Assembly: GCA_038230375.1 (NCBI GenBank)
Contig: JBBRNJ010000004.1
Coordinates: 96,001 to 160,000 of the forward strand
Source: Polyangiales bacterium
GTDB lineage: Bacteria > Myxococcota_A > Polyangia > Polyangiales > Polyangiaceae
Direction: 5' to 3'
DNA: 64,000 bases
A model generated the notes under the pieces. The model did no database searches and was not told the origin of the DNA. It saw only the letters and a list, made by a program, of their open reading frames with translations. This document shows positions 38,158 to 48,056 of this stretch, piece after piece (position 1 is the first letter of the stretch; each line of letters opens with the position of its first letter). A program made the translations under genes and the position numbers.

Positions 38158-41100
38158 ATGGGCGAGAACGACAGCCTCGCGTCCGTCTGCCTCTCCTGCC
38201 TGGAGCTGCGCGACGGTGACGCATGCGCGAAGTGCGGAGCGAAGACCGCCCGCACCCGCGTCGCGTTCGAGACCTGGGAGCGCGCGCGTCAGAAGCGCCG
38301 CGTGCGTGCGCTCACGAAGCAGAAGGTCATCTCGCGCGCCGCCGGTCAGAAGCTCCTCAGCTCCATGGAGAGCACGAACGACGAGTTGCCCCCGGAGAGC
38401 GCGCCCCGACCAACGCCATCCTCCGCTTCGAGCGATGGCTACCCCCGCGAGGATCGCGCGGCTGCCGCCATCACCGCCGCGACGACGTTCTCGCAGGAGA
38501 TCAGCGCGCGCTGGACCGCGCTCACCGTCGCGATCGACTCGAACACGCCGCCCCCCAGCGAACGCGCCCCCGACGACGCGGGTGGCCGCGACGACGCCGC
38601 GCTGGAGGCCGGGCGCGCGGTGTTCACGCACGGGGCGTCACCTGTCGTGGGTGCGGGTGTGGACGCGCTTGCCGCACTGGACGACGACTCGCCTGCGGAC
38701 GACGGCGGCGAGACCCGACCGTTGGGCGCGCTGCAGGTCTTCTGGTTCCTCGGCATCATCCTGGTGCTCGCCGGGTCGGTCATGGGCGTCCGTGAGGCGT
38801 GGCGCACGCTCTTCGGCGTCAATCGTCAGCTGGTCATCGGCGGCGCGCTGTTCGTCTATCACGTGCTGTTCGTGGTTCTTTCCCGCGTGCTCGTGAAGCG
38901 CTCGCACGTGACCGGCCGAGTCCTGTCGGGTATCGCAGCCGGGCTCCTTCCGATCGCATTCGTCGCCGTCGCCTCGGCGGTGGGGACCAACGCGCGCGTG
39001 GGCATCGCCTTTGCCGTGGTGCTCGTTCTCGCCTCCATAGCCACGCTCTCACTTGCGGGTGCAGCGTTCTCGATGACACGCGCCCGGTTCGCGCCGTACC
39101 TCGCGCTCGCGCTGATTCCGTCGCTCATCCTCGAACTGCCGCTCGCAGGGGAGCCCACGGGCGACTCGATGCGGCTCTTCGCACCGCTCGGCGCGCTCGT
39201 GCCCGTCCTGCTCGCGTCACTTCGCATCCGCGCCAACATGCTTCGCTCGCTGCCCGCACGTGATGACGTGGTGGCGCTTGCCGCGGCCACGTACGGCGCC
39301 ATCGCGGTCGCGCTGTTCGCGGTCTTCGGCGGACCGAAGGACCTGGCGCTGGACCTCTCGTTCGGGACTCCCGCGCAGCTCGTCACCACCGCGTGGCTCG
39401 GATTGCTCGCTGCCATCGCGTGGGTCTCCGCCGCGGCCCTGGAGAAGACGGCACAGCACGCGCGGCTGGGCGCGCTGCTCACGCTGCTGTCCGTGGCGGT
39501 GCTGGTGTCCGCGTCGTGCGCGGGTGCGGTGAGCGCGCTCGCGAACGATTCCCCACGCGACACGATGGTCCTGGTGCCTGCGGGCCTGGCCGCGCTCGCA
39601 GCGGTCATCGTCATCGCCGAACAGCGAAGGCACTTCGGGCTCCTGCATCTCGTCGCACCCACGTCGGTGGTCGCGGTGCTGCTCTGGGCCCGCGTGTTCA
39701 TGCCGCAGGAACAGCGCCTGCTGGGCCTGCGCGGGCCTTCGGGGCTTCCCGCGGCGCTCGTGCTGGTCCCCGCCGCGCTGCTCGCGTTCTCGTCGCGCAC
39801 CACGGACGGTCGGCGACGCACCTGGGCCGCCGCGTGGGGCGTCGTGTCGGGTGTGATCATCCTCGCCATCACCGGCGGATTCGAAGCGGCGTCCATCCCC
39901 GATGCGTCCTTCGCCACAGGCGTGTCGTACGCCGCGTTCTCGTCGACCGCCGCAACAGCGCTTGTCCTGGCGCTCTCCGCGCACGTCGGCGGCGCAACGA
40001 CGCGACCGTGGCTTCACGTCTACGGAGCGCTGACAGCGCTGGTCGCGCTCTCATCGGTGCTCGTTCCCACGCGCGTCGAGAGCGCCGCGGAGAGCATCAC
40101 GTTCGCTTGCGCCGCGCTCGGTGGGCTCTACGGCGTGCTGGCGCTGTTCTATCCATCGCTCGTCAAGAACGAGAAAGACACACGACGACCGCTGGACGAC
40201 GTGTCGCTCCTCTTCGCCGTGCTTGGCCTCGCGGTCGCCGTGATTGGCTCGACGCCGACCGGCATGATGAGCCTGTCGTACGCGGAGGCTCGGCTGCTGT
40301 TGCCGCGCGCGCTGCCGGTACTGGCGATCGGCGGTCTCTTGCTCTTGCGTGCGCAGCGCGACGCAAGCGCTCTCGCGACGCTGCTGGCGACGAGCGCGGC
40401 GGTCTATGCCGTGCGTCTGATCACGAACGTGGGCGACATCGCTGGCTTCGCGCTGCTCTTCGGCTGCGCTGCGCTCGCTACGAGCGGACTCGCCGTTCTT
40501 CGCGGCCGCACGGACGCACCCCGCTTCGGGCGGGCGCTCTTCGGTGTGATCCCACTCCCGCTTGGAGGCAGCGGCACAACGCTCCTGGACGGGCCCGCGC
40601 TGGCTTCTCCCATCCTTGCAGCGCTCGCGTGTGGGTCGGCGTTCCAGTGGATCGGAGCGGGCGGCTCGCGCACGGACCGCGGCGCCGTGGTCTTCGGCGT
40701 GCTCGCGGTGATCCCCTCCGGCATTGTCGCATTCGGCACGCGGGCGCTCCTCCGCTTTGGCGCCCGCGGTCACGTCGCGACGCTGGCGATCGCAGGTGCG
40801 GCCATCGGCCTCTGCGCGGTGAGTAACCGCGTCGGTAACCCGCTGCCGCCGGCGGTCGTCGGGCGCAACCTGACCGTGATCCTGGTCGGGGTCTGGCTCC
40901 TCGCGCGCGGCATCGTGCGGGTCGGGCCCAAGGTCGGATCGTGGCTGGGCCGACCAGGCCACGGGCCGCACTATCAATTCGTTCCGCACGCGGGCGTGCT
41001 TGCGCTGTCACTGCTGCTGCTCGTCGACGCGTGGCTCGTCGGTGCGCCCACGCTGTCACGCGCGCTGGTCGTCACGCCGCCATTGCTCCTGCTTGGTGGA

Positions 41101-43299
41101 GCGCTGGGCGCTCTCCTCTTGTATCGCTCGTTCGGCCTTGCGCCAGCGCTGCACGTGGCGCTAGGCGCGCTGCTCGCGTTCGCCGCGGTCGCCGCCGCGC
41201 AGCACGCGCTGATGGGGCCGGTCCTGGTTCCGCTGGACTGGCCGGGCGGCCGATGGGTCCCGATCGCGCTCAGAGGGGCGCTCGTCGGCACGTCGGGCCA
41301 ATGGTTGGATCCTACACGCTTCATCGCCGTGCCCGACACGGAGAACCTGCTCTGGGCGCGCGCGCTTCTCGGCGCCTCGATCTTCGTGGTCGTCGCCGCG
41401 GCCCTTGTGCTCGCGCAATCACGTGTCAGATCCGTGGGCGACGTGATCGGCCACGTGCTGCTCGATCGCAGCGAGGACGAGCAGCAGACAATCCTGACGG
41501 CGCTCTCCGTGTGGAGCTGCATCGCTGCGCTGCTCCTGGGGCTCAACCTGGCGTTCGTGCCTGCGCTCGCGCCCGCCGTGTTGCTCTTCGTGGGCGGGCT
41601 CGTGCTGGTGCTGGCTTCGGGAAGCGACCGCTTCGGCTCGGCGTACCGAGCGATCGTGATCGTCATCGGCGCTCCCCTCGTGGTCCACGCTCTGGCACAG
41701 CAGGGCGCCACCGTGCCGGCGTGGGCTGGCCCTGCGTTCGCCATTCTCCCCGTCGGAATTGCCATTGCAGGATACGTGGCCGCGCGGCGACGCGAGCGTG
41801 GCACCTTCGCCGTGACCGACACGGAGCTCGGGATCGCCACGCTCGTGGCCATGTTCTACGCTGGTGGCTCGATCGCCTACGCGCTCGCGGCCCGCGCACC
41901 GACATTCCCGCGGATGGCCGCGCCCATGGTGATCAACTCCGCGGGCGATGCGCTGTTCGCCGCACGGAACGACGTGACCTTTGCGCCGGTCGCGATCACG
42001 CTGGCCGCGCTCGCGTTCGCCACGCTCTGCACGGCGTCGACGTGGCGCGGCGGCCTCGCAAGCATCCTTGGTGTCGTTCCGCCGATGGTCCTCTCGTTCG
42101 CGGGCGTCTCGGCGGCCGCAGCGGTCGTGTTCGCGGACCGCGCGCCGCTGCCGAGCACGAATGTCCCATCGCTCCTGGTCTATGGCGACGGTGCAATGGT
42201 CGCTGCAACGGTCTCCATCGCGGCTCTCGTCTCTCATGCACTGCGTGTTGTCGCAGCTCGCACGGACCGCGACGACCTCGGGCGTGGCCTTGCAGTCGGA
42301 CGCGATCTCGCGCTGCTTGCGGTACTGACCGTCGCATCAGCGTTCGTGCTCGGGCGCGCTGCGGATGTGGCACCCGTCGCAGGCATCCGCGTGGGGCCCA
42401 TGGGCGTCCTTGGCCTGGGCGTGGCGATCATCGTGTCTATCGATGCGGCTGTCCGGGAGAAGACCGCACGCCACGTCATGCTCGTGGAGATCCTGCTCGT
42501 CGCGCTCTACGCGTTCGCCACGCGCGAGCTCGATCTGCGGCCCGAGATCCACGCGCTCCTCGGCCTTGGATACGGCTTCTCGCTGCTCGGGGTCGCCGTC
42601 ATCGCGCGCCGTCGCAACGTCCCCGCCGTGTCGACCGCCACGCGCCGGTTCGCGATTGCGTTGCCGGTGCTCATCGTGGTGCTCACCGCAAGCGGACTGG
42701 GCGACGGTCTGGCGCTGCTCGCGCTGGGCTCGAGCGTGCTGTACGGCGTGATGGCGATGGTGGAGAAGAGCAGGCTGCTCGGCTCGCTCGCCGCGGTCGC
42801 CGCCAACGTGGCCCTCCTTTTGTTCGCGCTCGCGCAAGGCCTGGACGGCATCGAGATCTACGTGGGTCCGCTCGGCCTGCTGGTCACAGCGCTTGCGCAG
42901 CTCTTCGCGCCCAAGATGAACGCGCAGGGGCGCAGCGCAGCGCGCATCGTGGGCGGCATGCTGCTGTACCTGCCTGCGGGATTGAAGCTCACGCTGCGGC
43001 TCGGCGCCGCCATGGACGGCTCGTACTCCGTCGTGTTCGGCGCGATCTGCCTCCTGGGTGTGGTCGCGGGGCTGGTCCTGCAGGTGCGCGCGTACCTGGT
43101 GCTGGGAACGCTGTTCATCACACTCGATGTGATCTCGAACCTGGTCTACGCGGGCCTGCGCGACCACCGCGTGGGCTTCGTGCTGCTGTCGGTCTCGGGG
43201 CTCATGATCCTCGGGATCATGATCGCCGTCACGCTGCGCCGCGAGGCCGCACGCATGCTCCTGCAAAGAATCCGAGGGCGATTCCGCGCCTGGGACTGA
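38158..43299 (+). CDS. Very large polytopic membrane protein with N-terminal Zn-ribbon-like CxxC pair
   Basis: 1713 aa, dozens of hydrophobic segments, CLSC...CAKC near the N-terminus. Confidence 0.8.
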   Translation: MGENDSLASVCLSCLELRDGDACAKCGAKTARTRVAFETWERARQKRRVRALTKQKVISRAAGQKLLSSMESTNDELPPESAPRPTPSSASSDGYPREDRAAAAITAATTFSQEISARWTALTVAIDSNTPPPSERAPDDAGGRDDAALEAGRAVFTHGASPVVGAGVDALAALDDDSPADDGGETRPLGALQVFWFLGIILVLAGSVMGVREAWRTLFGVNRQLVIGGALFVYHVLFVVLSRVLVKRSHVTGRVLSGIAAGLLPIAFVAVASAVGTNARVGIAFAVVLVLASIATLSLAGAAFSMTRARFAPYLALALIPSLILELPLAGEPTGDSMRLFAPLGALVPVLLASLRIRANMLRSLPARDDVVALAAATYGAIAVALFAVFGGPKDLALDLSFGTPAQLVTTAWLGLLAAIAWVSAAALEKTAQHARLGALLTLLSVAVLVSASCAGAVSALANDSPRDTMVLVPAGLAALAAVIVIAEQRRHFGLLHLVAPTSVVAVLLWARVFMPQEQRLLGLRGPSGLPAALVLVPAALLAFSSRTTDGRRRTWAAAWGVVSGVIILAITGGFEAASIPDASFATGVSYAAFSSTAATALVLALSAHVGGATTRPWLHVYGALTALVALSSVLVPTRVESAAESITFACAALGGLYGVLALFYPSLVKNEKDTRRPLDDVSLLFAVLGLAVAVIGSTPTGMMSLSYAEARLLLPRALPVLAIGGLLLLRAQRDASALATLLATSAAVYAVRLITNVGDIAGFALLFGCAALATSGLAVLRGRTDAPRFGRALFGVIPLPLGGSGTTLLDGPALASPILAALACGSAFQWIGAGGSRTDRGAVVFGVLAVIPSGIVAFGTRALLRFGARGHVATLAIAGAAIGLCAVSNRVGNPLPPAVVGRNLTVILVGVWLLARGIVRVGPKVGSWLGRPGHGPHYQFVPHAGVLALSLLLLVDAWLVGAPTLSRALVVTPPLLLLGGALGALLLYRSFGLAPALHVALGALLAFAAVAAAQHALMGPVLVPLDWPGGRWVPIALRGALVGTSGQWLDPTRFIAVPDTENLLWARALLGASIFVVVAAALVLAQSRVRSVGDVIGHVLLDRSEDEQQTILTALSVWSCIAALLLGLNLAFVPALAPAVLLFVGGLVLVLASGSDRFGSAYRAIVIVIGAPLVVHALAQQGATVPAWAGPAFAILPVGIAIAGYVAARRRERGTFAVTDTELGIATLVAMFYAGGSIAYALAARAPTFPRMAAPMVINSAGDALFAARNDVTFAPVAITLAALAFATLCTASTWRGGLASILGVVPPMVLSFAGVSAAAAVVFADRAPLPSTNVPSLLVYGDGAMVAATVSIAALVSHALRVVAARTDRDDLGRGLAVGRDLALLAVLTVASAFVLGRAADVAPVAGIRVGPMGVLGLGVAIIVSIDAAVREKTARHVMLVEILLVALYAFATRELDLRPEIHALLGLGYGFSLLGVAVIARRRNVPAVSTATRRFAIALPVLIVVLTASGLGDGLALLALGSSVLYGVMAMVEKSRLLGSLAAVAANVALLLFALAQGLDGIEIYVGPLGLLVTALAQLFAPKMNAQGRSAARIVGGMLLYLPAGLKLTLRLGAAMDGSYSVVFGAICLLGVVAGLVLQVRAYLVLGTLFITLDVISNLVYAGLRDHRVGFVLLSVSGLMILGIMIAVTLRREAARMLLQRIRGRFRAWD

Positions 43300-43314
43300 G
43301 GCGCGTGAGGAATG

Positions 43315-44370
43315 TCAGGGACAGCTCTTCGGGTCCACGCCGCCCAGGGTCGGGAACACCACGTTCAGGGTCACGGGGTGCGTGATCACGTAGGCGTTGG
43401 CCGGGTAGTTGGTCTTGTTCGCGGCGGGGATGGTGCCGGCGTCGGTGAGCGAGACCAGGTATCCGGCAGTGCTCGCGTCGCCAACGTCGAAGTCATCCAG
43501 GCCGGTGGAGAGGAAGTACGGACCCTTTCCGATCACGAAGCCTTCGACCGGCGCCATTGCGTCCTGCGCTTCCAGGTTCGTGCAGCCCTGTGCAATGCCG
43601 AAGCCCTTGGACGCCGCCGAGTACGTGTTCGTATCCAGGGCGAACACCGTCGTCACGCCCTGCCCGTTGCCGAATGGGATCACGGAACGCGTGACGTTCA
43701 CGACCAGATCGCGCAGCGCCGTGAGGTTCATGCGGATGCCCTTGGCGTCGCCTGCCTTCAGCGTGTACCCGCCGAGCGGCAACCTTGCCTTGATGCCGTT
43801 CGAGAAGTCCAGCCCGGCGACCCACCAGCCCGCCGCAAGCGCAGCGGTGGGGTTGTCGATGAAGAAGACGCGCGGATAGACGGTGCCGGGCGTGAACTCG
43901 AAGCGGAAAGACGCCGTCTGCGACTGGAGGTCGAACTGACCCGCGTCCGCGCCACCGTCGGCAGCGTTGGGGAGCACCACGGTCGCCAGCGCGGGCTCCT
44001 CGCCGCCGTCCGGAAAATCCGGAACCGCATGGACGAAGACCTGCGCGATCATCGCGCCAAGACCATCGAAGCGTGGGTCGTTCGCGAGGAAGGCGATCGT
44101 CTCGTGGTCCACGACGATGCACAGCGCGGCCTTCTTCGGATCGTTCGAGGGCATGCACGGCACGCCGCCGGCGTCCTGCCCCGAGTCGGCGCCACCGCCG
44201 CCGCTGTCCATACCGCCGTTGCTTCCGTCGGTGGTGTTGCCACCGCTATCGGTGCCAGCTCCAGCGTCGTCGCCGGGAATGGTCACGTTGGAGTCGGAGC
44301 CACAGGCGTAGACGAACATGCCGAGCGCGGACGCGCACGCAACGAAACCGAAGCGCCAAGCAGTGTTCAT
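43315..44370 (-). CDS. Hypothetical lipoprotein
   Basis: Lipobox FVYAC, DAG/DSG linker. Confidence 0.75.
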   Translation of the reverse strand: MNTAWRFGFVACASALGMFVYACGSDSNVTIPGDDAGAGTDSGGNTTDGSNGGMDSGGGGADSGQDAGGVPCMPSNDPKKAALCIVVDHETIAFLANDPRFDGLGAMIAQVFVHAVPDFPDGGEEPALATVVLPNAADGGADAGQFDLQSQTASFRFEFTPGTVYPRVFFIDNPTAALAAGWWVAGLDFSNGIKARLPLGGYTLKAGDAKGIRMNLTALRDLVVNVTRSVIPFGNGQGVTTVFALDTNTYSAASKGFGIAQGCTNLEAQDAMAPVEGFVIGKGPYFLSTGLDDFDVGDASTAGYLVSLTDAGTIPAANKTNYPANAYVITHPVTLNVVFPTLGGVDPKSCP

Positions 44371-44432
44371 GAGAGGCCTCCCAGTTTTCAGCGTAACAGG
44401 GCGCGCGTCAGATGCCGTGGTATTCTGGTTGG

Positions 44433-45506
44433 ATGCGCCGGCGACTCACGTTAGCGGGGCTCCTGGGGCTGTTCTACGCGCTCACGTGGACAGCGTGCGG
44501 TTCATTCGAGGGCACGGATCAGGGCCTTCCCGGCACGGACGCCGACACGGACGCTGCTGCGAGCGACGCAGGAAATACGTCGAACGACGCGCAGGCCGGG
44601 AAGGATGGAAGCGCGAAGGACGCCGGCACTGTCTCCACTCCAACGACGCTCGCCAAAGGGTTCTCCGACCTCGCCGGCGTCGTCGCCACGGACAGCACCG
44701 TCTACTTCGTCGAGCGCAATGCGGGTAAAGTACATGCAGTTCCGATCGATGGCGACGGCGGCGCGACCGACTTCGCGGTGGCCCAGGGCACTCCGTCGAG
44801 CATCGTCGTCACCGCGACCGAGGTGTTCTGGGGCGACCAGCTCAAGTCGACCATCACTCACCAGCTCATGACCGACACCAAAGCCTCGATCGGGGCAACC
44901 AACCCCACGAAGGGTCCGATCTCGATGGGGTTGGCGCCGGGTCGGCTCGTCGTCGTGGCCATGGGTCCGAGCAACGTCGGAGAGCTCCAGCAATGGGGGC
45001 TCGACATCACCGCCGGCACGAACATCGGAAGTCGCCCCGGCCCTTTCGACGTCGCGGTCGACGCATCCAGCGGCGCCTTCTACTGGACCGAGCCCATGGG
45101 CGGGAACGTGTTTCAAGGGCAGGCCACCACGGCGAACATGTCGACGTTCGCGATGAACGAGGACGACTGCGCGTCGATAGCGAGCGACTCGTTCGGTGTC
45201 TACTGGGCCAGACCTTCCGGCGGGCTCATTCGCGGGAAGCTGAACGGAGCCGCCGCGCCAGTCACGATCGCCGACAAGCAGAACAATCCCATCGGCCTGG
45301 CCGCGGATACCTCTGGCGTCTACTGGATGACCCTCGACGGCACGGTGAAGTACTCGGACCGGACGCAGGCGCCGCCAACGACCCTTGGCTCGGGGTTCAA
45401 CGCGTTGTTCAACGATCTGCACATCCAGACCGTGGCGCTCACCAGCACCTACGTGGTGTGGATCACCAACGACGGCAAGGTACTTCGCGCGAACAAGAAG
45501 CTGTGA
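44433..45506 (+). CDS. Lipoprotein with beta-propeller-like repeats
   Basis: Lipobox TWTAC; repeats of P.xIAxDxxxVYW. Confidence 0.75.
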   Translation: MRRRLTLAGLLGLFYALTWTACGSFEGTDQGLPGTDADTDAAASDAGNTSNDAQAGKDGSAKDAGTVSTPTTLAKGFSDLAGVVATDSTVYFVERNAGKVHAVPIDGDGGATDFAVAQGTPSSIVVTATEVFWGDQLKSTITHQLMTDTKASIGATNPTKGPISMGLAPGRLVVVAMGPSNVGELQQWGLDITAGTNIGSRPGPFDVAVDASSGAFYWTEPMGGNVFQGQATTANMSTFAMNEDDCASIASDSFGVYWARPSGGLIRGKLNGAAAPVTIADKQNNPIGLAADTSGVYWMTLDGTVKYSDRTQAPPTTLGSGFNALFNDLHIQTVALTSTYVVWITNDGKVLRANKKL

Positions 45507-45513
45507 GCGCGAA

Positions 45514-45942
45514 TCAAGGGAGGTCCCGCTTTGCATCGAAGCGCGGGTTGTCCATTGCCAGCTTCTCCGTGAGCGTCTGCTTCACATGCGCGAACACCGG
45601 GCCGCCCGGCGCAGCGTCCATCGCTCCGGACGCGATGCCCTTGGCCAGCTTCTCGTTGCCCAGCGCGATCGCGCGCGCTTCCTTCTTCCGCGTGGGTAGC
45701 GTGGCCGCAGCGGGCGCGGTCATCTCTCCGTCAAGCTCGGTGAAGAGCGCCGTCAGGCGCGCGAGCTCTGCGCGGTTCTGGTCGTCCTCTCCCGCGCATT
45801 CCTGCGCAACGATACCTGCCAGGTTCGCCGCGATGAGCAGGCGGAACGAGAGGCGAGAGTCCGTGACCACGGGTCGCACCTCCGTGATGAGGAACTTGGC
45901 GAGCGCCAGGAGCAGCGTCTCCTTGGTGGGTGCATCTTGCAT
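45514..45942 (-). CDS. DUF6285-like (LvaB-like) small partner of the phosphotransferase
   Basis: MQDAP...LL...FL...FRLLIAAN...KLAMDNPRF pattern; abuts the phosphotransferase stop. Confidence 0.7.
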   Translation of the reverse strand: MQDAPTKETLLLALAKFLITEVRPVVTDSRLSFRLLIAANLAGIVAQECAGEDDQNRAELARLTALFTELDGEMTAPAAATLPTRKKEARAIALGNEKLAKGIASGAMDAAPGGPVFAHVKQTLTEKLAMDNPRFDAKRDLP

Positions 45943-46959
45943 TCAAATCTTCCCCTTCTCGATGAGGCGCAGCGCCTCCAGCTCCATCTCCGCCGCGCGC
46001 CGGCCGATGGCGACCAGCTCGAACTCGTCCTCGCCGCCGTACACGTATCGCTCGCTCTGGTAGACGCTGCCGATGGCCCAGTTCAGGTTGCCGACGATCT
46101 CCCAGTAGTAGAGGAGCGTGGGGTCGAGCGTGACGCCGCTCTCCTTCTCGTACGCGCCGTAGAAGGGCGCGCGCGCGCCGAAGCCACCCACCGGCAGATC
46201 GAGCTGCCCGAAGCGCCAGTCGCGCATGCAGACCCACGCGAGATCCATGTAGCGCGAGCCCCAGTGCGAGAACTCCCAGTCGAGGATCGCGACCAGGCCG
46301 TCGGGCCCCACCATGAAGTTCCCGGTGCGGAAGTCCCCATGGACCAGCACCACGTCCTCCCCGGTGGGCGCATGCTCCGTGAGCCACCGGTGGATCAGCT
46401 CCAGGGCCGGGCGCGGGCCGTGGATGGCGTCGATGGACGCGCGCATGTGCCGGAGCGTGTGCTGCGCGGGCTCGAAGCCGGGCTCCAGGGCGCGGGCGCT
46501 GCCGTTCACGTCGGGCTCGCGCATGGGCCGCACACTGTGGATCTTCGCGAGCTCACGACCGAGCTCTCCCGGCAGCTTCGCGCGCGCCCCGGCGAGCTCC
46601 TTCGCAGAGGTGACCTTGCGTCCGATCGCTTCCCCAGTGACCCAGTCCATGAGGTACGCGTACCCGCCATCACGCACGACGCCGCGCCCGAGCCAGCGAG
46701 CCTTTGGCGTGCGTACACCTGCGGCCGCAGCGCGCTCGAGCACACCGAACTCCTCTTTTCGATCGATGCTGCCCGGGAGCTTGGTGGGCGCGTCGCTTCG
46801 AAGCACGAAGGTCGTCGCGGTGCCGTCGAGGGTCACGTCGACCTTGAAATTCTCCTGACACGCGCCGCCGGTGAGGAGCTTCACCTGGTTCACGATCACG
46901 TCGGCGCCAGATGCGCTCTTGATGTGCGCGGCGACGCGCTCTTCGATGGTGGCTGTCAC
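45943..46959 (-). CDS. APH-family phosphotransferase (LvaA/ACAD10-kinase-like)
   Basis: LTGGA, VLRSD, LVHGDFRTGN, LDWEF and DLAW motifs; GTG overlaps the upstream TGA. Confidence 0.9.
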   Translation of the reverse strand: MTATIEERVAAHIKSASGADVIVNQVKLLTGGACQENFKVDVTLDGTATTFVLRSDAPTKLPGSIDRKEEFGVLERAAAAGVRTPKARWLGRGVVRDGGYAYLMDWVTGEAIGRKVTSAKELAGARAKLPGELGRELAKIHSVRPMREPDVNGSARALEPGFEPAQHTLRHMRASIDAIHGPRPALELIHRWLTEHAPTGEDVVLVHGDFRTGNFMVGPDGLVAILDWEFSHWGSRYMDLAWVCMRDWRFGQLDLPVGGFGARAPFYGAYEKESGVTLDPTLLYYWEIVGNLNWAIGSVYQSERYVYGGEDEFELVAIGRRAAEMELEALRLIEKGKI

Positions 46960-47486
46960 GACCTCTTGGATCTCCGCGGCACGAGAGCGTAGAGGAGCAG
47001 CGGCGCGAACACCACGGTCTCCGTCAACAGGACATGGCGCCCCTCCTCTGCGAAGAGGCGCGGACCGATGGGCGCGACCGGCAGCGGCCGCCAAGGAAAG
47101 AAGAAGCGGCGCGTGTCGAACGGCCAGCCGAACTCCACGCCGTGACCACCATCCGTGAAGGCGTCGAGCACGCCGTGCGATACCGTCACCAGGAACGCGC
47201 ACAGGAACACCCAGAAGAGGCGGCGCCCGCGGAATCCAGTGGCAGCGAAGATCCCCCCGAACGCAGCGGCGACGATCAGCGCGAACACGGGCGAGTGGGT
47301 GGCGCCGCGATGTCCCCACGGCGCGCCGTAGGGAATGCCAAGGACGAAGGAGATGGCGTCCAGATCCGGGAGCAGCGACAGGGCCGTGAGGCGGATCATC
47401 CAGGCAGCGATCATGCGTGCGCTCTCCGTCCGGGCGTAGGCGCGCCCAGCTGCCATGCCTACGAAGATGTGCCCGATGCTGGCCAT
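46956..47486 (-). CDS. YdjM-like inner-membrane metal-dependent hydrolase
   Basis: GH, LPDLD, HRGATHS and SHGVLDAFT motifs. Confidence 0.88.
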   Translation of the reverse strand: MASIGHIFVGMAAGRAYARTESARMIAAWMIRLTALSLLPDLDAISFVLGIPYGAPWGHRGATHSPVFALIVAAAFGGIFAATGFRGRRLFWVFLCAFLVTVSHGVLDAFTDGGHGVEFGWPFDTRRFFFPWRPLPVAPIGPRLFAEEGRHVLLTETVVFAPLLLYALVPRRSKRS

Positions 47487-47555
47487 GACACCTGCTTGAC
47501 GATCCCCGATGGAGGGACTTGCGTGAACGGCTGATAGTAGAGCACTATTCCGCGC

Positions 47556-48056
47556 ATGCCTGAGCGACGCGACTCCAAGGGGCCGAAGGATCTCCGCGAA
47601 GAGGCATCGCCAGCGGCCCGGAAGGACCCACGCCGCGACTCTTACCAGATGACCATGCCCGCCATCGTTGCCGAGCTCACCCGCGAGCTCGGCAAGCTGA
47701 AGAAGCGCATCACGGAGCTAGAGAAGGAGCTCGAGCGCGAGAAGACGGCACGCGCCAAGGCCGAGGATGCCGTGCGCCGAGCCGCACCCGAGAAGGGCTC
47801 CGAGAAGGGCTCCTACCGGGGCTTCGACAAGGGTGACGAGTTGGCGACCCGCATGACGCGTGAGCTGCGCGCGCCGCGCAAGAGCACCGTCCCGCTGTCC
47901 CCGATGAAGAGCACGCCACCGCGCGGAAGCGTGAGCCCACGCGCGTCGACCCAGCCGCCTCCGCGATCCGAGCGCACGGACCGCTCCGAGCACGCCACCA
48001 AGCGCATCGCCGCGGTGACGCGCAGCCCGTCGCAGCCACCCGACCGCAAGCGATGA
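47556..48056 (+). CDS. Hypothetical protein with coiled coil and disordered tail
   Basis: Heptad segment LKKRITELEKELERE; stop overlaps the next ATG (ATGA). Confidence 0.65.
   Translation: MPERRDSKGPKDLREEASPAARKDPRRDSYQMTMPAIVAELTRELGKLKKRITELEKELEREKTARAKAEDAVRRAAPEKGSEKGSYRGFDKGDELATRMTRELRAPRKSTVPLSPMKSTPPRGSVSPRASTQPPPRSERTDRSEHATKRIAAVTRSPSQPPDRKR

Noticed and set aside
45943..46959. Aminoglycoside resistance kinase
   Set aside because: The DUF6285-like partner and the motif pattern point to the metabolic LvaA/ACAD10-type subfamily.
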